The notes beneath the pieces were generated by a model. The model was not told the origin of the DNA, ran no database searches, and saw only the letters and a program-made list of their open reading frames with translations. From Promethearchaeota archaeon (lineage in GTDB: Archaea; Asgardarchaeota; Lokiarchaeia; Sigyniarchaeales; SOKP01), in the NCBI GenBank assembly GCA_019058015.1, contig JAHLWH010000115.1, forward strand, positions 1 through 13,957: a DNA stretch of 13,957 nt, given 5' to 3'. A program made the position numbers and the translations under genes. Below, piece by piece: positions 1-7,624 of this stretch. Positions within the stretch are counted from its first letter, which is position 1; the number at the start of each line of letters is the position of its first letter.

Positions 1-645
1 CCCCTAAAGGTTACGGGCAGTTTCCTATTTAGTTTCGATTTTACTGGAATTGTCCTATCGAATAGGGAGGACACAAGAGTGGCAGAATATTACGTGCAAG
101 GAACGGAAGAAGAGAAGGAGTCAATCAGAAGCCTCTTGCGAGGGTTTTCCGACAACGTTCATGATTTTACCACACAGTTTACGTTCCGGGAGGGTCTTTC
201 CATAACAATAAACTCGATGGATGAGATGCTTGCGCTGGATAGGCTTTCTTTTGTGAAGATGCTGCTGACTGGTTTTGAAAAAGAATATAAGCGAGTTGGG
301 TATTTTGGGAAGAATATTAATAAGAAATATATCAAGGAATTTAATGAAAAGGTCCAGAAGACTTCGGCGTTGGAAATTTACTACTCGGGTTTCGATAAAG
401 TTGAGTGGATTAAATGGTATAACAAATATATATACCAAAATAGAGATATTGATAAAGAAGGAGTTAAAAAGTTTATGAGCTTTATGATTACAAATTGGAA
501 CGATGACTGGTTCGACCACCCAGAAAAATATAATTTCGAGAGTTACGGCTCCCTTATATACGCACCAATTGTTTTTCAGCCATGGTTCAATCCTGACTTT
601 TTGGTCTTGCATAAATATTTTCCAAACGTCCAATATGTAAATTAG
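1..645 (+). CDS. Hypothetical protein, either 5'-partial or starting at GTG 79
   Basis: Frame +1 is open from base 1 (PLKVTGSFLFSFDFTGIVLSNREDTR-VAEYY...) to TAG at 643-645. An AGGGAGG SD-like motif at 64-70 supports GTG 79 as an alternative start. No family recognised. Confidence 0.6.
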   Translation, partial: PLKVTGSFLFSFDFTGIVLSNREDTRVAEYYVQGTEEEKESIRSLLRGFSDNVHDFTTQFTFREGLSITINSMDEMLALDRLSFVKMLLTGFEKEYKRVGYFGKNINKKYIKEFNEKVQKTSALEIYYSGFDKVEWIKWYNKYIYQNRDIDKEGVKKFMSFMITNWNDDWFDHPEKYNFESYGSLIYAPIVFQPWFNPDFLVLHKYFPNVQYVN

Positions 646-750
646 ATAATCTCTAAATTTAGTGTCTGTTAAATTATATATTTAAGTTTTTCTTTCTTTT
701 TATTAGAAATTACATTCAAATTTTTAGTGAATTAAAACGAGCGACTCATA

Positions 751-1809
751 ATGGAAGAGAAAGATCTCGGGATATTTTCAGATGAGAAGAAGTATCGTGA
801 AGCCTTAAAAAAATGGAGATCTATACCCGAAGATGAGAGAAATCAACTAAAAAAGTCTAAGACATTAAAGGAAATTGAGAGGATTTCGGACGAGGTTGAG
901 AGAAAGACTCTCAGAGAGATCGCCGATAGGTATGATTATAAGAAGAGTCCACCTTATTTGGAGTTAAACTGGCAAAATAGGGTAATTGCGTTACAAATAA
1001 ACAATGTAGAGATTAATAATCCAGAGATATTTTCTCATTTTACGTGTCTATATAATCTCTTTCTCGGCGGCTGTAGTATTAAGGATATGGATTGGCTCAG
1101 TCCACTTATAAATCTTGAAGAACTTGATTTAATGAATAATAAAATATGTGAAATGACCGGTTTAAGTAAAATAAAGAAACTTAGAGAGTTAGATATATCT
1201 GGAAATCAAATAATAGAGATTGATGAGTTGAAGGAACTCCAGAATTTAAAAAAATTAGACTTACAAGAGAATCAAATTAAAGAAATAAAGGGATTTGACA
1301 GCTTAATTAATTTAGAACTCTTAAATCTAAGAAATAATCAAATCACCGAGATTAAAGGGCTGACCAGACTTAAGAATTTAAAAGATTTATACTTAGAAAA
1401 CAATCAAATAACCGAGATCAAAGGATTAAACGGTCTCGAAAATATCCATGCCATTAACTTGGAAAATAATAAGATAACTGAGATTAAGGGGCTTGAGAAC
1501 TTGATTACGCTTCATGAAATTAATCTAGCTAGAAATCAGATTACCGAGCTTAAAGGGATTAACGGGTTAATTGGTCTTCATGTTGTTAGCATTGATTTCA
1601 ACCCGATAACCAAGATTCAATCGATAAGGGACGTGCCGAACCTCGGCGTCATATCTTGGTTTGACCCGAAGTATTTTACAGAGAGGGATATTGAAGTGAT
1701 AAACGAACAACTGGGGACGGAGGGGTTGGATTTATATAAGCGGGAGAGGGATTCTCTTGATTCGGAGGGGACCCCTTATTTTTATCTTGAGATCATTCCG
1801 AAAATTTAA
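751..1809 (+). CDS. Leucine-rich repeat protein (SDS22/internalin-like 22-aa repeats)
   Basis: About 9-10 tandem LxxLxLxxNxIxxIxGL repeats (e.g. LELLNLRNNQITEIKGL, LKDLYLENNQITEIKGL) between non-repeat N- and C-terminal regions. Confidence 0.92.
   Translation: MEEKDLGIFSDEKKYREALKKWRSIPEDERNQLKKSKTLKEIERISDEVERKTLREIADRYDYKKSPPYLELNWQNRVIALQINNVEINNPEIFSHFTCLYNLFLGGCSIKDMDWLSPLINLEELDLMNNKICEMTGLSKIKKLRELDISGNQIIEIDELKELQNLKKLDLQENQIKEIKGFDSLINLELLNLRNNQITEIKGLTRLKNLKDLYLENNQITEIKGLNGLENIHAINLENNKITEIKGLENLITLHEINLARNQITELKGINGLIGLHVVSIDFNPITKIQSIRDVPNLGVISWFDPKYFTERDIEVINEQLGTEGLDLYKRERDSLDSEGTPYFYLEIIPKI
1039..1650 (+). repeat. Degenerate 66-bp tandem repeat encoding the LRR units
   Basis: The Asn codon of the N-[QK]-ITE-[IL]-KG unit recurs at 1336, 1402, 1468 and 1534 (66-nt period). 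Boundaries are approximate. Confidence 0.8.
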
Positions 1810-2123
1810 TTAGAGAAATTAGTTATTCAAGTAAAAAGGTTAAAAAATTTTTTTAGAAGTTTTGCAGTATTATATTATTTTTTATACTCTTTTTTTAAAT
1901 GGATCATATAGATGAGTTTAAAGAAATCTTAGATTGGTATATAGATTAGGGGACCAAAATTGCTCGCGCTACGTATGAGGGGGTGTAGAATTAGAGAAAC
2001 ACAAAAAATACACCTTAAAGTTGTATCTTATTTGTATCACAAATTACTAAAATTTTAATGTTTAAAAAAATATAAAAAATTAAATTAAAATAATCAAATC
2101 AATCAAATATCGTTGAAATTGCA

Positions 2124-2357
2124 GTGAGTGAAGTAAAAATCTTTAGAATTTCTGGATTTTACACCAAAAATCGTGTAAAATATTTATTTAGAAAAGATGT
2201 TAGGGCTATAAAAGAAGAAGATGCACTTGAAAAAGTCTTAACTTTAATAACTTCAACGAGTTTATTAAGAAGGCAGATTAAAATTGAGAAGGTTGAGGTA
2301 ATTAAACCAGAAGAAACAAGTGATATGCTTTTAAGAGAAATTTCCACTACCGAATAA
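2124..2357 (+). CDS. rpl18a: 50S ribosomal protein L18Ae/LX (eL20)
   Basis: 77 aa with the VKIFRISG...FRKDVRAIKEEDALEKV...RRQIKIEKVEVI pattern, immediately upstream of prefoldin alpha and ftsY as in the conserved archaeal gene order. Confidence 0.9.
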   Translation: MSEVKIFRISGFYTKNRVKYLFRKDVRAIKEEDALEKVLTLITSTSLLRRQIKIEKVEVIKPEETSDMLLREISTTE

Positions 2358-2394
2358 AAAATGTAATATTTTAATTAAAAATTTTGTGATTAGA

Positions 2395-2826
2395 ATGAAA
2401 AATCAACAAGATCTCCAGCGTCAACTCCAAAGTTTAAATATCTTACAACAGCAATTTGAATTTTTAAAAAATCAGATTGATATTATCGATAATTCTCTAC
2501 AATTAGTAAAGACCACAAAAAAAACAATAGAAGGTCTTACAGAACTAAAATCGGGAGATGAGCTAGTTGTTCCAATTGGAGGAATGGCTTATATTAAAGC
2601 TAATATTTTAGAATCTAATAAAATTCTTATGTATATAGGCTCGGATGTTATAATTGAAAAAAACTATGAAGAAAGTACTGAGTACATTGATGAGTTAATA
2701 AAGCGTCATAACGAACAAAGAGAGTCATTAGCAACTCAATATGTACAGTTAGATGCCCATATAAAATCATTAACACCGAGAGTACAACAACAACTGAGTC
2801 AATTTCGAGATGGTCTTCAAAAATAA
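2395..2826 (+). CDS. pfdA: Prefoldin subunit alpha
   Basis: Coiled coil, beta-hairpins (ELVVPIGGMAYIKA...ILMYIGSDVIIEK), coiled coil. ATG 2395 is preferred over GTG 2386. Gene order is conserved. Confidence 0.93.
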   Translation: MKNQQDLQRQLQSLNILQQQFEFLKNQIDIIDNSLQLVKTTKKTIEGLTELKSGDELVVPIGGMAYIKANILESNKILMYIGSDVIIEKNYEESTEYIDELIKRHNEQRESLATQYVQLDAHIKSLTPRVQQQLSQFRDGLQK

Positions 2827-2867
2827 ATAAAAATGATATTTTTTAGAGGAAGAAACTAATTTAAATC

Positions 2868-3782
2868 ATGCTGGAAAACCTAAAAAAAAGCTTGTCCTCG
2901 TATGTTGAGAAAATTTCAAAAAAAACTTTATCATTTGAAAAGACAGAAAAACCGCTTAACACCTTAAAACTAATTTTATTGCAAAATGATGTTGCCTTAG
3001 AAGTTGCAGAGAGGGTTTGTGAGTTAGTGAATGAAACTCTTGAAGATGAAATTGTTGGCCGATTTAAATCTACTAAAAATTTAGTGAATTTTGCACTTAA
3101 AGATGCTATTTTTAAAATTCTTGATGTGAAGCCTATTGATTTACTAAATGATATCGAAAAAGTAAATAATCAAGGCAAGCCATACATTATATGTTTTCTT
3201 GGTGTTAATGGAACAGGTAAAACTACCACAATTGCTAAGCTTGGAACTTATTTAAAGAAACATGGTTTGAGATGTGTTGTAGCTGCTAGTGATACATTTC
3301 GAGCTGGAGCAATTGAACAATTATTAGAACATATGAATAACGTTGGAATTAAGGTAATTAAACATGATTATAAATCAGATCCTGCCTCAGTAGCATATGA
3401 TACTGTGGAACATGCAACTGCAAAAAGTATAAATGTTGTTATGATAGATACCAGTGGCAGACAAGTAAGTAATAAAAATCTAATGAACGAAATGAAAAAA
3501 ATTGTGAGAGTTGTTGAGCCTCATTTGATTCTATTTATAGGAGATAGTCTTGCTGGAAATGATGCCCTACAACAAGCTAAAAAGTTTAATGAAGAAGTTG
3601 GAATTGATGCCTCAATTTTAACCAAATTAGATGCGGATGCAAAAGGAGGTGCAGCATTATCAATTGTTTTTGAAACTAAGAAACCTATTCTCGCAGTTGG
3701 TATCGGTCAAGGTTATAATGATTTGGAATTATTTGATGTAAATATTTTCCTTGAAGAAATATTTAGTTTAAACTTGGCTTAA
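2868..3782 (+). CDS. ftsY: SRP receptor FtsY (NG-domain GTPase)
   Basis: SRP-GTPase motifs GVNGTGKTTT, DTFRAGA, DTSGRQ and TKLDADAKGG. No long acidic N-terminal domain. Confidence 0.97.
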   Translation: MLENLKKSLSSYVEKISKKTLSFEKTEKPLNTLKLILLQNDVALEVAERVCELVNETLEDEIVGRFKSTKNLVNFALKDAIFKILDVKPIDLLNDIEKVNNQGKPYIICFLGVNGTGKTTTIAKLGTYLKKHGLRCVVAASDTFRAGAIEQLLEHMNNVGIKVIKHDYKSDPASVAYDTVEHATAKSINVVMIDTSGRQVSNKNLMNEMKKIVRVVEPHLILFIGDSLAGNDALQQAKKFNEEVGIDASILTKLDADAKGGAALSIVFETKKPILAVGIGQGYNDLELFDVNIFLEEIFSLNLA

Positions 3783-3880
3783 AAAAAAAATAAAACATTT
3801 CAGAAATTAATTTAAATTATGAGTTATAATTTTTTTAATAAAAAATAAATTTAAATAACGGTAAACCTTAATGATAAATT

Positions 3881-4105
3881 ATGAGTAGATATGAAACAAC
3901 AAGAATTTCTGAGACTTCGATTAGAGGTCGTATAAGAAGTTTCCTTCAAAGTACAAAAAGAATAATTAAAGTTGCTACTAAGCCATCCACAAAAGATTAT
4001 TGGCTTGTCACGAAAATTTGTCTGATTGGAATGGTAATACTCGGAGCTATATCTTACGTTATTCAGTTATTATTCTCACTTTTAGGCGGAATGTTGAATT
4101 TTTAA
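3881..4105 (+). CDS. secE: Protein translocase SecE / Sec61 gamma
   Basis: RIIKVATKPSTKDYW amphipathic segment followed by a single C-terminal TM helix (ICLIGMVILGAISYVIQLL). Lies downstream of ftsY. Confidence 0.92.
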   Translation: MSRYETTRISETSIRGRIRSFLQSTKRIIKVATKPSTKDYWLVTKICLIGMVILGAISYVIQLLFSLLGGMLNF

Positions 4106-4212
4106 ATCTTCTTTTTCTTTAAATTACTATATTTTTTATCTTTTTGAAAGATTATATAGAATTTTTGTAAAATATATAATTAAATGGAATTTTAAAAAAA
4201 GTTACGATTTTT

Positions 4213-4638
4213 ATGAAAATTAAAGTTAATTGGATTAATGATTTTGGATTTAGAGCAGAGATTAGACACTTTAAAGATATATTAATAGATAAATCTCGCT
4301 CCTTTAAGGGAAATGATCGAGGACCAAGTCCTGTTGAATATATATTAATTGGAATTGGCAGTTGTTTAGGTGCTTCATTTATTCACTGCTGTAAGATTAA
4401 TAATTTTGAAATACAAAAACTAAATATTGTTGTAGATGGTAAATTGACTCATAGAAAACCTTATAATCATTTAGAATTAGTAAATGTAAAAGTTGAGTTA
4501 AATATCATTCATATTGAAGGAAAAAAAAATAAAAAATTTGAAAAATGCATTGAAATTTTTAGAGAATATTGTGTAGTTTCAAACTCCCTTATAAGAGGAC
4601 TGCCTATTAATGTAAATATCAAGCAAGAATTCCGATAG
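4213..4638 (+). CDS. OsmC/Ohr family protein
   Basis: GPSPVEYILIGIGSC and EYCVVSNSL two-cysteine OsmC signature; 141 aa. Confidence 0.88.
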   Translation: MKIKVNWINDFGFRAEIRHFKDILIDKSRSFKGNDRGPSPVEYILIGIGSCLGASFIHCCKINNFEIQKLNIVVDGKLTHRKPYNHLELVNVKVELNIIHIEGKKNKKFEKCIEIFREYCVVSNSLIRGLPINVNIKQEFR

Positions 4639-4670
4639 TTAGTCACACTCTGCCAACCTAGTTGTCGTTC

Positions 4671-4687
4671 ATTTTTTTAAAAAAAAT
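4671..4687. terminator. Possible bidirectional oligo-T terminator between convergent osmC-like and dnaG genes
   Basis: T7 run followed directly by an A8 run gives a U-tract on both strands. Weak evidence given the AT-rich background. Confidence 0.35.
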
Positions 4688-4700
4688 AATTTCTGAATTA

Positions 4701-5950
4701 TTAAATCTTCAATACTTTTATTTGTCTCGGGATTTTCAAATCTTCTTCTATTCCAACGCAAATGATTGTATCTATTTTCATATTTATTGCCAAGGAAATT
4801 AGCCTTTTAGATAAAATACCATCTAATATTAAGTATTTTATATTTGAAAATTCACTCAAATTATCAAATACTTCTGCAGTATTTAATTCAAAAAGAATAT
4901 TTTCCTCTGAGTCAATTCCAATTGCTTTTTTTGTTCCTTTAGAATTAGAAATATACTCAGTAATTTTTGACCCTTTATCGAGTTTCAATATTTTTAAAAT
5001 ATTTTTATATTTATTCTTCGAATCTTTAATTTTTTTTTCAATTACTGGTTTCCCTTTATGTGATGTATCTACTGATGAATTCTTATTATTAATTATCTCT
5101 GAAATTGGTCTCTTATTTTGAAGTGCTTTAATCATCTGTTTTCTTGTTAATTCTTCAACTTCGAGACCATCAGGAGCTCTTGCAACATAATCAAGGTGTG
5201 CTACTTGTAATAATTCATTTAAGATTATTGTGCCTCCCCGGTCTCCATCTAAAAAAGCAGTAATTGGGCTTTTATTATGAGTTAATTTAATAATTGACTT
5301 AGGAATTTGAGTACCTTCCACAGCAATAGCATTTTTGATATTTATACGCATTAAATTTAAGACATCTGCTCTTCCTTCAACTATTAAGAGATCTTGGCTA
5401 ATATCAACATTAGGACCTGCAGGTAAATTTTCAGGCCCCCATTTTTTAATTTCACTAAGTCTTATATCTTGAGAAATTTGTTCTTCAATTTCCCTAGGTT
5501 CGGGACTATTCTCATCCCATTTTTTTAATAATTCTGTTGCTCGTTCAATAATTTGTTTTCTTTTGTCTTCGCGAATATCTTTGATATCATTAAGGTCAAT
5601 TTGTGCGGAACAAGGACCTACTCGACTCACGGTTTCTATTGTCGCTGCCAATAAAACGGTCTCTTTTCTTGTTAGACTTGAAGGAATAATTATTTTGCCT
5701 TTAGATATTCCCTCTTCGGTCGTTAATTCGACCTCAATTCTTCCTATTCTCCCACTTTTTTGTAAATCTCTTAAGTCTAAATCCGATAAAAGACCTTCGG
5801 TTTAGGCGATATGACCGAAGTGGCTATTTATCTTTGCCCAAAAATGGCACCGACAATATCGCTCTTTTCAACCACTCCATTTACTTTATAATCTGCTATG
5901 ATATGATATTTCGTAGTGAAATTAGAAGTATAATGATCATTATCTGTAAT
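4701..5950 (-). CDS. dnaG: Archaeal DnaG-type primase / exosome-associated protein; spliced CDS complement(join(4701..5801,5834..5950)), ~405 aa
   Basis: Exon 1 encodes ...FTTKYHIIADYKVNGVVEKSDIVGAIFGQ. Exon 2 continues TEGLLSDLDLRDLQKSGRIGRIEV...IIIPSSL...LLAATIETVSRVGPC and the TOPRIM motifs IVEGRADV, AIAVEGT and FLDGDRGG. The ORF track (TTG 5651) misses the first ~89 codons. The start is probably ATT 5950 or ATA 5953. Confidence 0.93.
5802..5833 (-). other. Putative 32-nt bulge-helix-bulge-type (relaxed HBh') mRNA intron in dnaG
   Basis: mRNA reads ...UUU GGGC AA^A GAUA aauagccacuucgguca UAUC GCCU AA^A CCGAAGGU. It has a 4-bp central helix GGGC/GCCU, two AAA 3-nt bulges and an inner helix GAUA/UAUC. 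Cuts after bulge nt 2 give GGG CAA|ACC GAA GGU = G-Q-T-E-G. Confidence 0.85.
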
Positions 5951-5956
5951 TATAAA

Positions 5957-5967
5957 ATCACACTCCT
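5957..5967 (-). promoter_or_regulatory. Shine-Dalgarno-like element of dnaG (AGGAGTGTGAT)
   Basis: Resembles the archaeal GGAGGTGAT consensus. Lies 3-6 nt upstream of in-frame ATA/ATT codons, with an in-frame TAG at 5966-5968. Confidence 0.6.
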
Positions 5968-6413
5968 ATTTTTTGTAATTAAATTTTTATCTAAATTTTT
6001 CAATTTTTAAATGAATAAAATATATAATAGTGAAATAATAATTGATTTACACTAAATTCGTCATATAAATTATTTCTATTAATAACATAAGTATAGAAAT
6101 TATTAAATTTATTTTTTTGGGTTTTAAATTCAAATCTACCTATTACTTAGGTATTATTCTATTATTTAATTTTTAATTGAATACATCTATATCATGTATT
6201 GGGATGAGAAAATAATTGAAAAGATTTTTAAAACTCATATTCATAAGAAATTCAAGATAATATATAAAACAAATTTTGGTAGATTCTATTTCTATTTCAA
6301 AGAACTTAATAAAAACGAAATAAAAGGTAGAGTTGTATTTTTTCCTTCATCTTATTGAAATTTTACTAATATTTTTTTTAAACCAGTTATAAAAAATAAC
6401 AATCTTAAAATTA

Positions 6414-6430
6414 GGAAACAATTTTTATAG
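6414..6430 (+). promoter_or_regulatory. Candidate BRE + TATA box for the Get3/ArsA gene
   Basis: GGAAACAA-TTTTTATA about 37 nt upstream of ATG 6467. The AT-rich background limits confidence. Confidence 0.35.
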
Positions 6431-6466
6431 ATTCAACTCTTTTTTATTCCAACAAAAAAATTATTT

Positions 6467-7522
6467 ATGGCTGGAAACAATTTGATAGAATACTTACTAG
6501 TGTTTGGTGGGAAAGGAGGTGTAGGAAAAAGTTCTATTAGCAGTGCGACTGCGGTTAAGGTATCTGATCTATTACCAAATAAAAAAATTCTTTTGATCTC
6601 ATTTGATATTGCTCATAATTTGACTGATTTATTTGGAATTAATATAGGGAATAATATAACTCCCATAAAAGATAATCTATGGGCAATCGAACCAGATCCT
6701 CATATTTATGCTGAAAAATATACAAAAGAATTTGCTGAAAAGTCAAGAAAATTAATGAAAATGACACCTATTGTGAATTTAATTCCGAAATTGGAAGAAT
6801 ACATTGATAATACCTTTAATGCAGATTCAATTCCGGTCGCTTTAAAAAATGCAATTTTTTTCCAACAAATTTTAGACGCAGAAGATACTACTCAAAACCT
6901 TCAATTCGATATAATAATTTGTGATTTTCCACCAACGGCTAATATGGTAGCTCTCTTTGAAATTCCCGAAGATCATGTTAAGGGTATTATGAAATATAGC
7001 TTACGTATCATATCAGAAATTCGAAAGGCTATGCAAAAATTTACTAAAGCTGCAAAATTTTTATTTCCATTTGGGAAAAGTTCAGAAGAGAGAAAAGGAT
7101 TGGCTGAAGAACTTTTGGAAATGTTAAATGAAATTGAGGAAAGAGGGGAAAGAATTGCCGATCTGATTAAGAATTATGGCTCCTTAAGGTTGGTTTCTAT
7201 CGCCGAAAAACCAAGTTATGAAGAAATTAAAAGAGCATATGAACTAACTCAGAAATATATTAACACCGACGGGATTCATATAAATATGTTGATTCCAGAA
7301 GATGCAGCAGATCATTGCAATTTTTGTAAAAATAAACATCAAAAACAGCAGAAATATATTAAACAAATTGAACAAGAATTTAAAAATTTAAAAATTTGGA
7401 AATCTAATTCATTGGGAATTGAACCAATTGGGTTAGATGGATTAAGAACCTTAGCAGATGAGATCTATTCTTCTATAGACGATGTAAATGATATATTAAA
7501 TCCCTTAAAAAAATCGAAATAA
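6467..7522 (+). CDS. ArsA/Get3(TRC40)-family ATPase, single domain
   Basis: Deviant Walker A GGKGGVGKSS, switch I SFDIAHNLTDLF, switch II-like DFPPTAN, C-terminal CNFC (CxxC) motif and an EPIGLDGL tail. Confidence 0.88.
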   Translation: MAGNNLIEYLLVFGGKGGVGKSSISSATAVKVSDLLPNKKILLISFDIAHNLTDLFGINIGNNITPIKDNLWAIEPDPHIYAEKYTKEFAEKSRKLMKMTPIVNLIPKLEEYIDNTFNADSIPVALKNAIFFQQILDAEDTTQNLQFDIIICDFPPTANMVALFEIPEDHVKGIMKYSLRIISEIRKAMQKFTKAAKFLFPFGKSSEERKGLAEELLEMLNEIEERGERIADLIKNYGSLRLVSIAEKPSYEEIKRAYELTQKYINTDGIHINMLIPEDAADHCNFCKNKHQKQQKYIKQIEQEFKNLKIWKSNSLGIEPIGLDGLRTLADEIYSSIDDVNDILNPLKKSK

Positions 7523-7624
7523 AATTAAAATTCGATTGAATATATTGAAATACATCATAAATTAAATTATATTTTCTTTTCAAAATTTGAAAAGTAAAAT
7601 AAAAAATTTACTTAGGGAAACAAA

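Noticed and set aside
121-633. Antisense and overlapping ORFs (121-633, 275-478, 2159-2347, 4762-5121, 5563-5805, 8301-8531, 11436-11624, 12021-12431)
   Set aside because: Shadows of better-supported genes, with no recognisable motifs.
1039-1650. CRISPR array or DGR template/variable repeat suggested by the 66-bp periodicity
   Set aside because: The periodicity is fully explained by in-frame LRR coding. There are no identical repeats with spacers and no reverse transcriptase.
4639-4675. SECIS- or kink-turn-like element (AUGA...GA hairpin) 3' of dnaG on the minus strand
   Set aside because: The stem is short and mismatched, there is no proper tandem G.A register, and neither flanking gene has an in-frame UGA.
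4701-5651. dnaG starting at TTG 5651 as in the ORF track
   Set aside because: The frame is open and conserved for 50 more codons to 5801, and the conserved N-terminus continues beyond the 32-nt insertion.
5802-5833. Ribosomal frameshift, read-through or hopping, or a spliceosomal intron, as explanations of the dnaG insertion
   Set aside because: Both relevant frames carry TAA inside the insertion and 32 is not a multiple of 3. Take-off (CAA) and landing (UAA) codons do not match. No junction register gives GT...AG ends. BHB geometry fits exactly.
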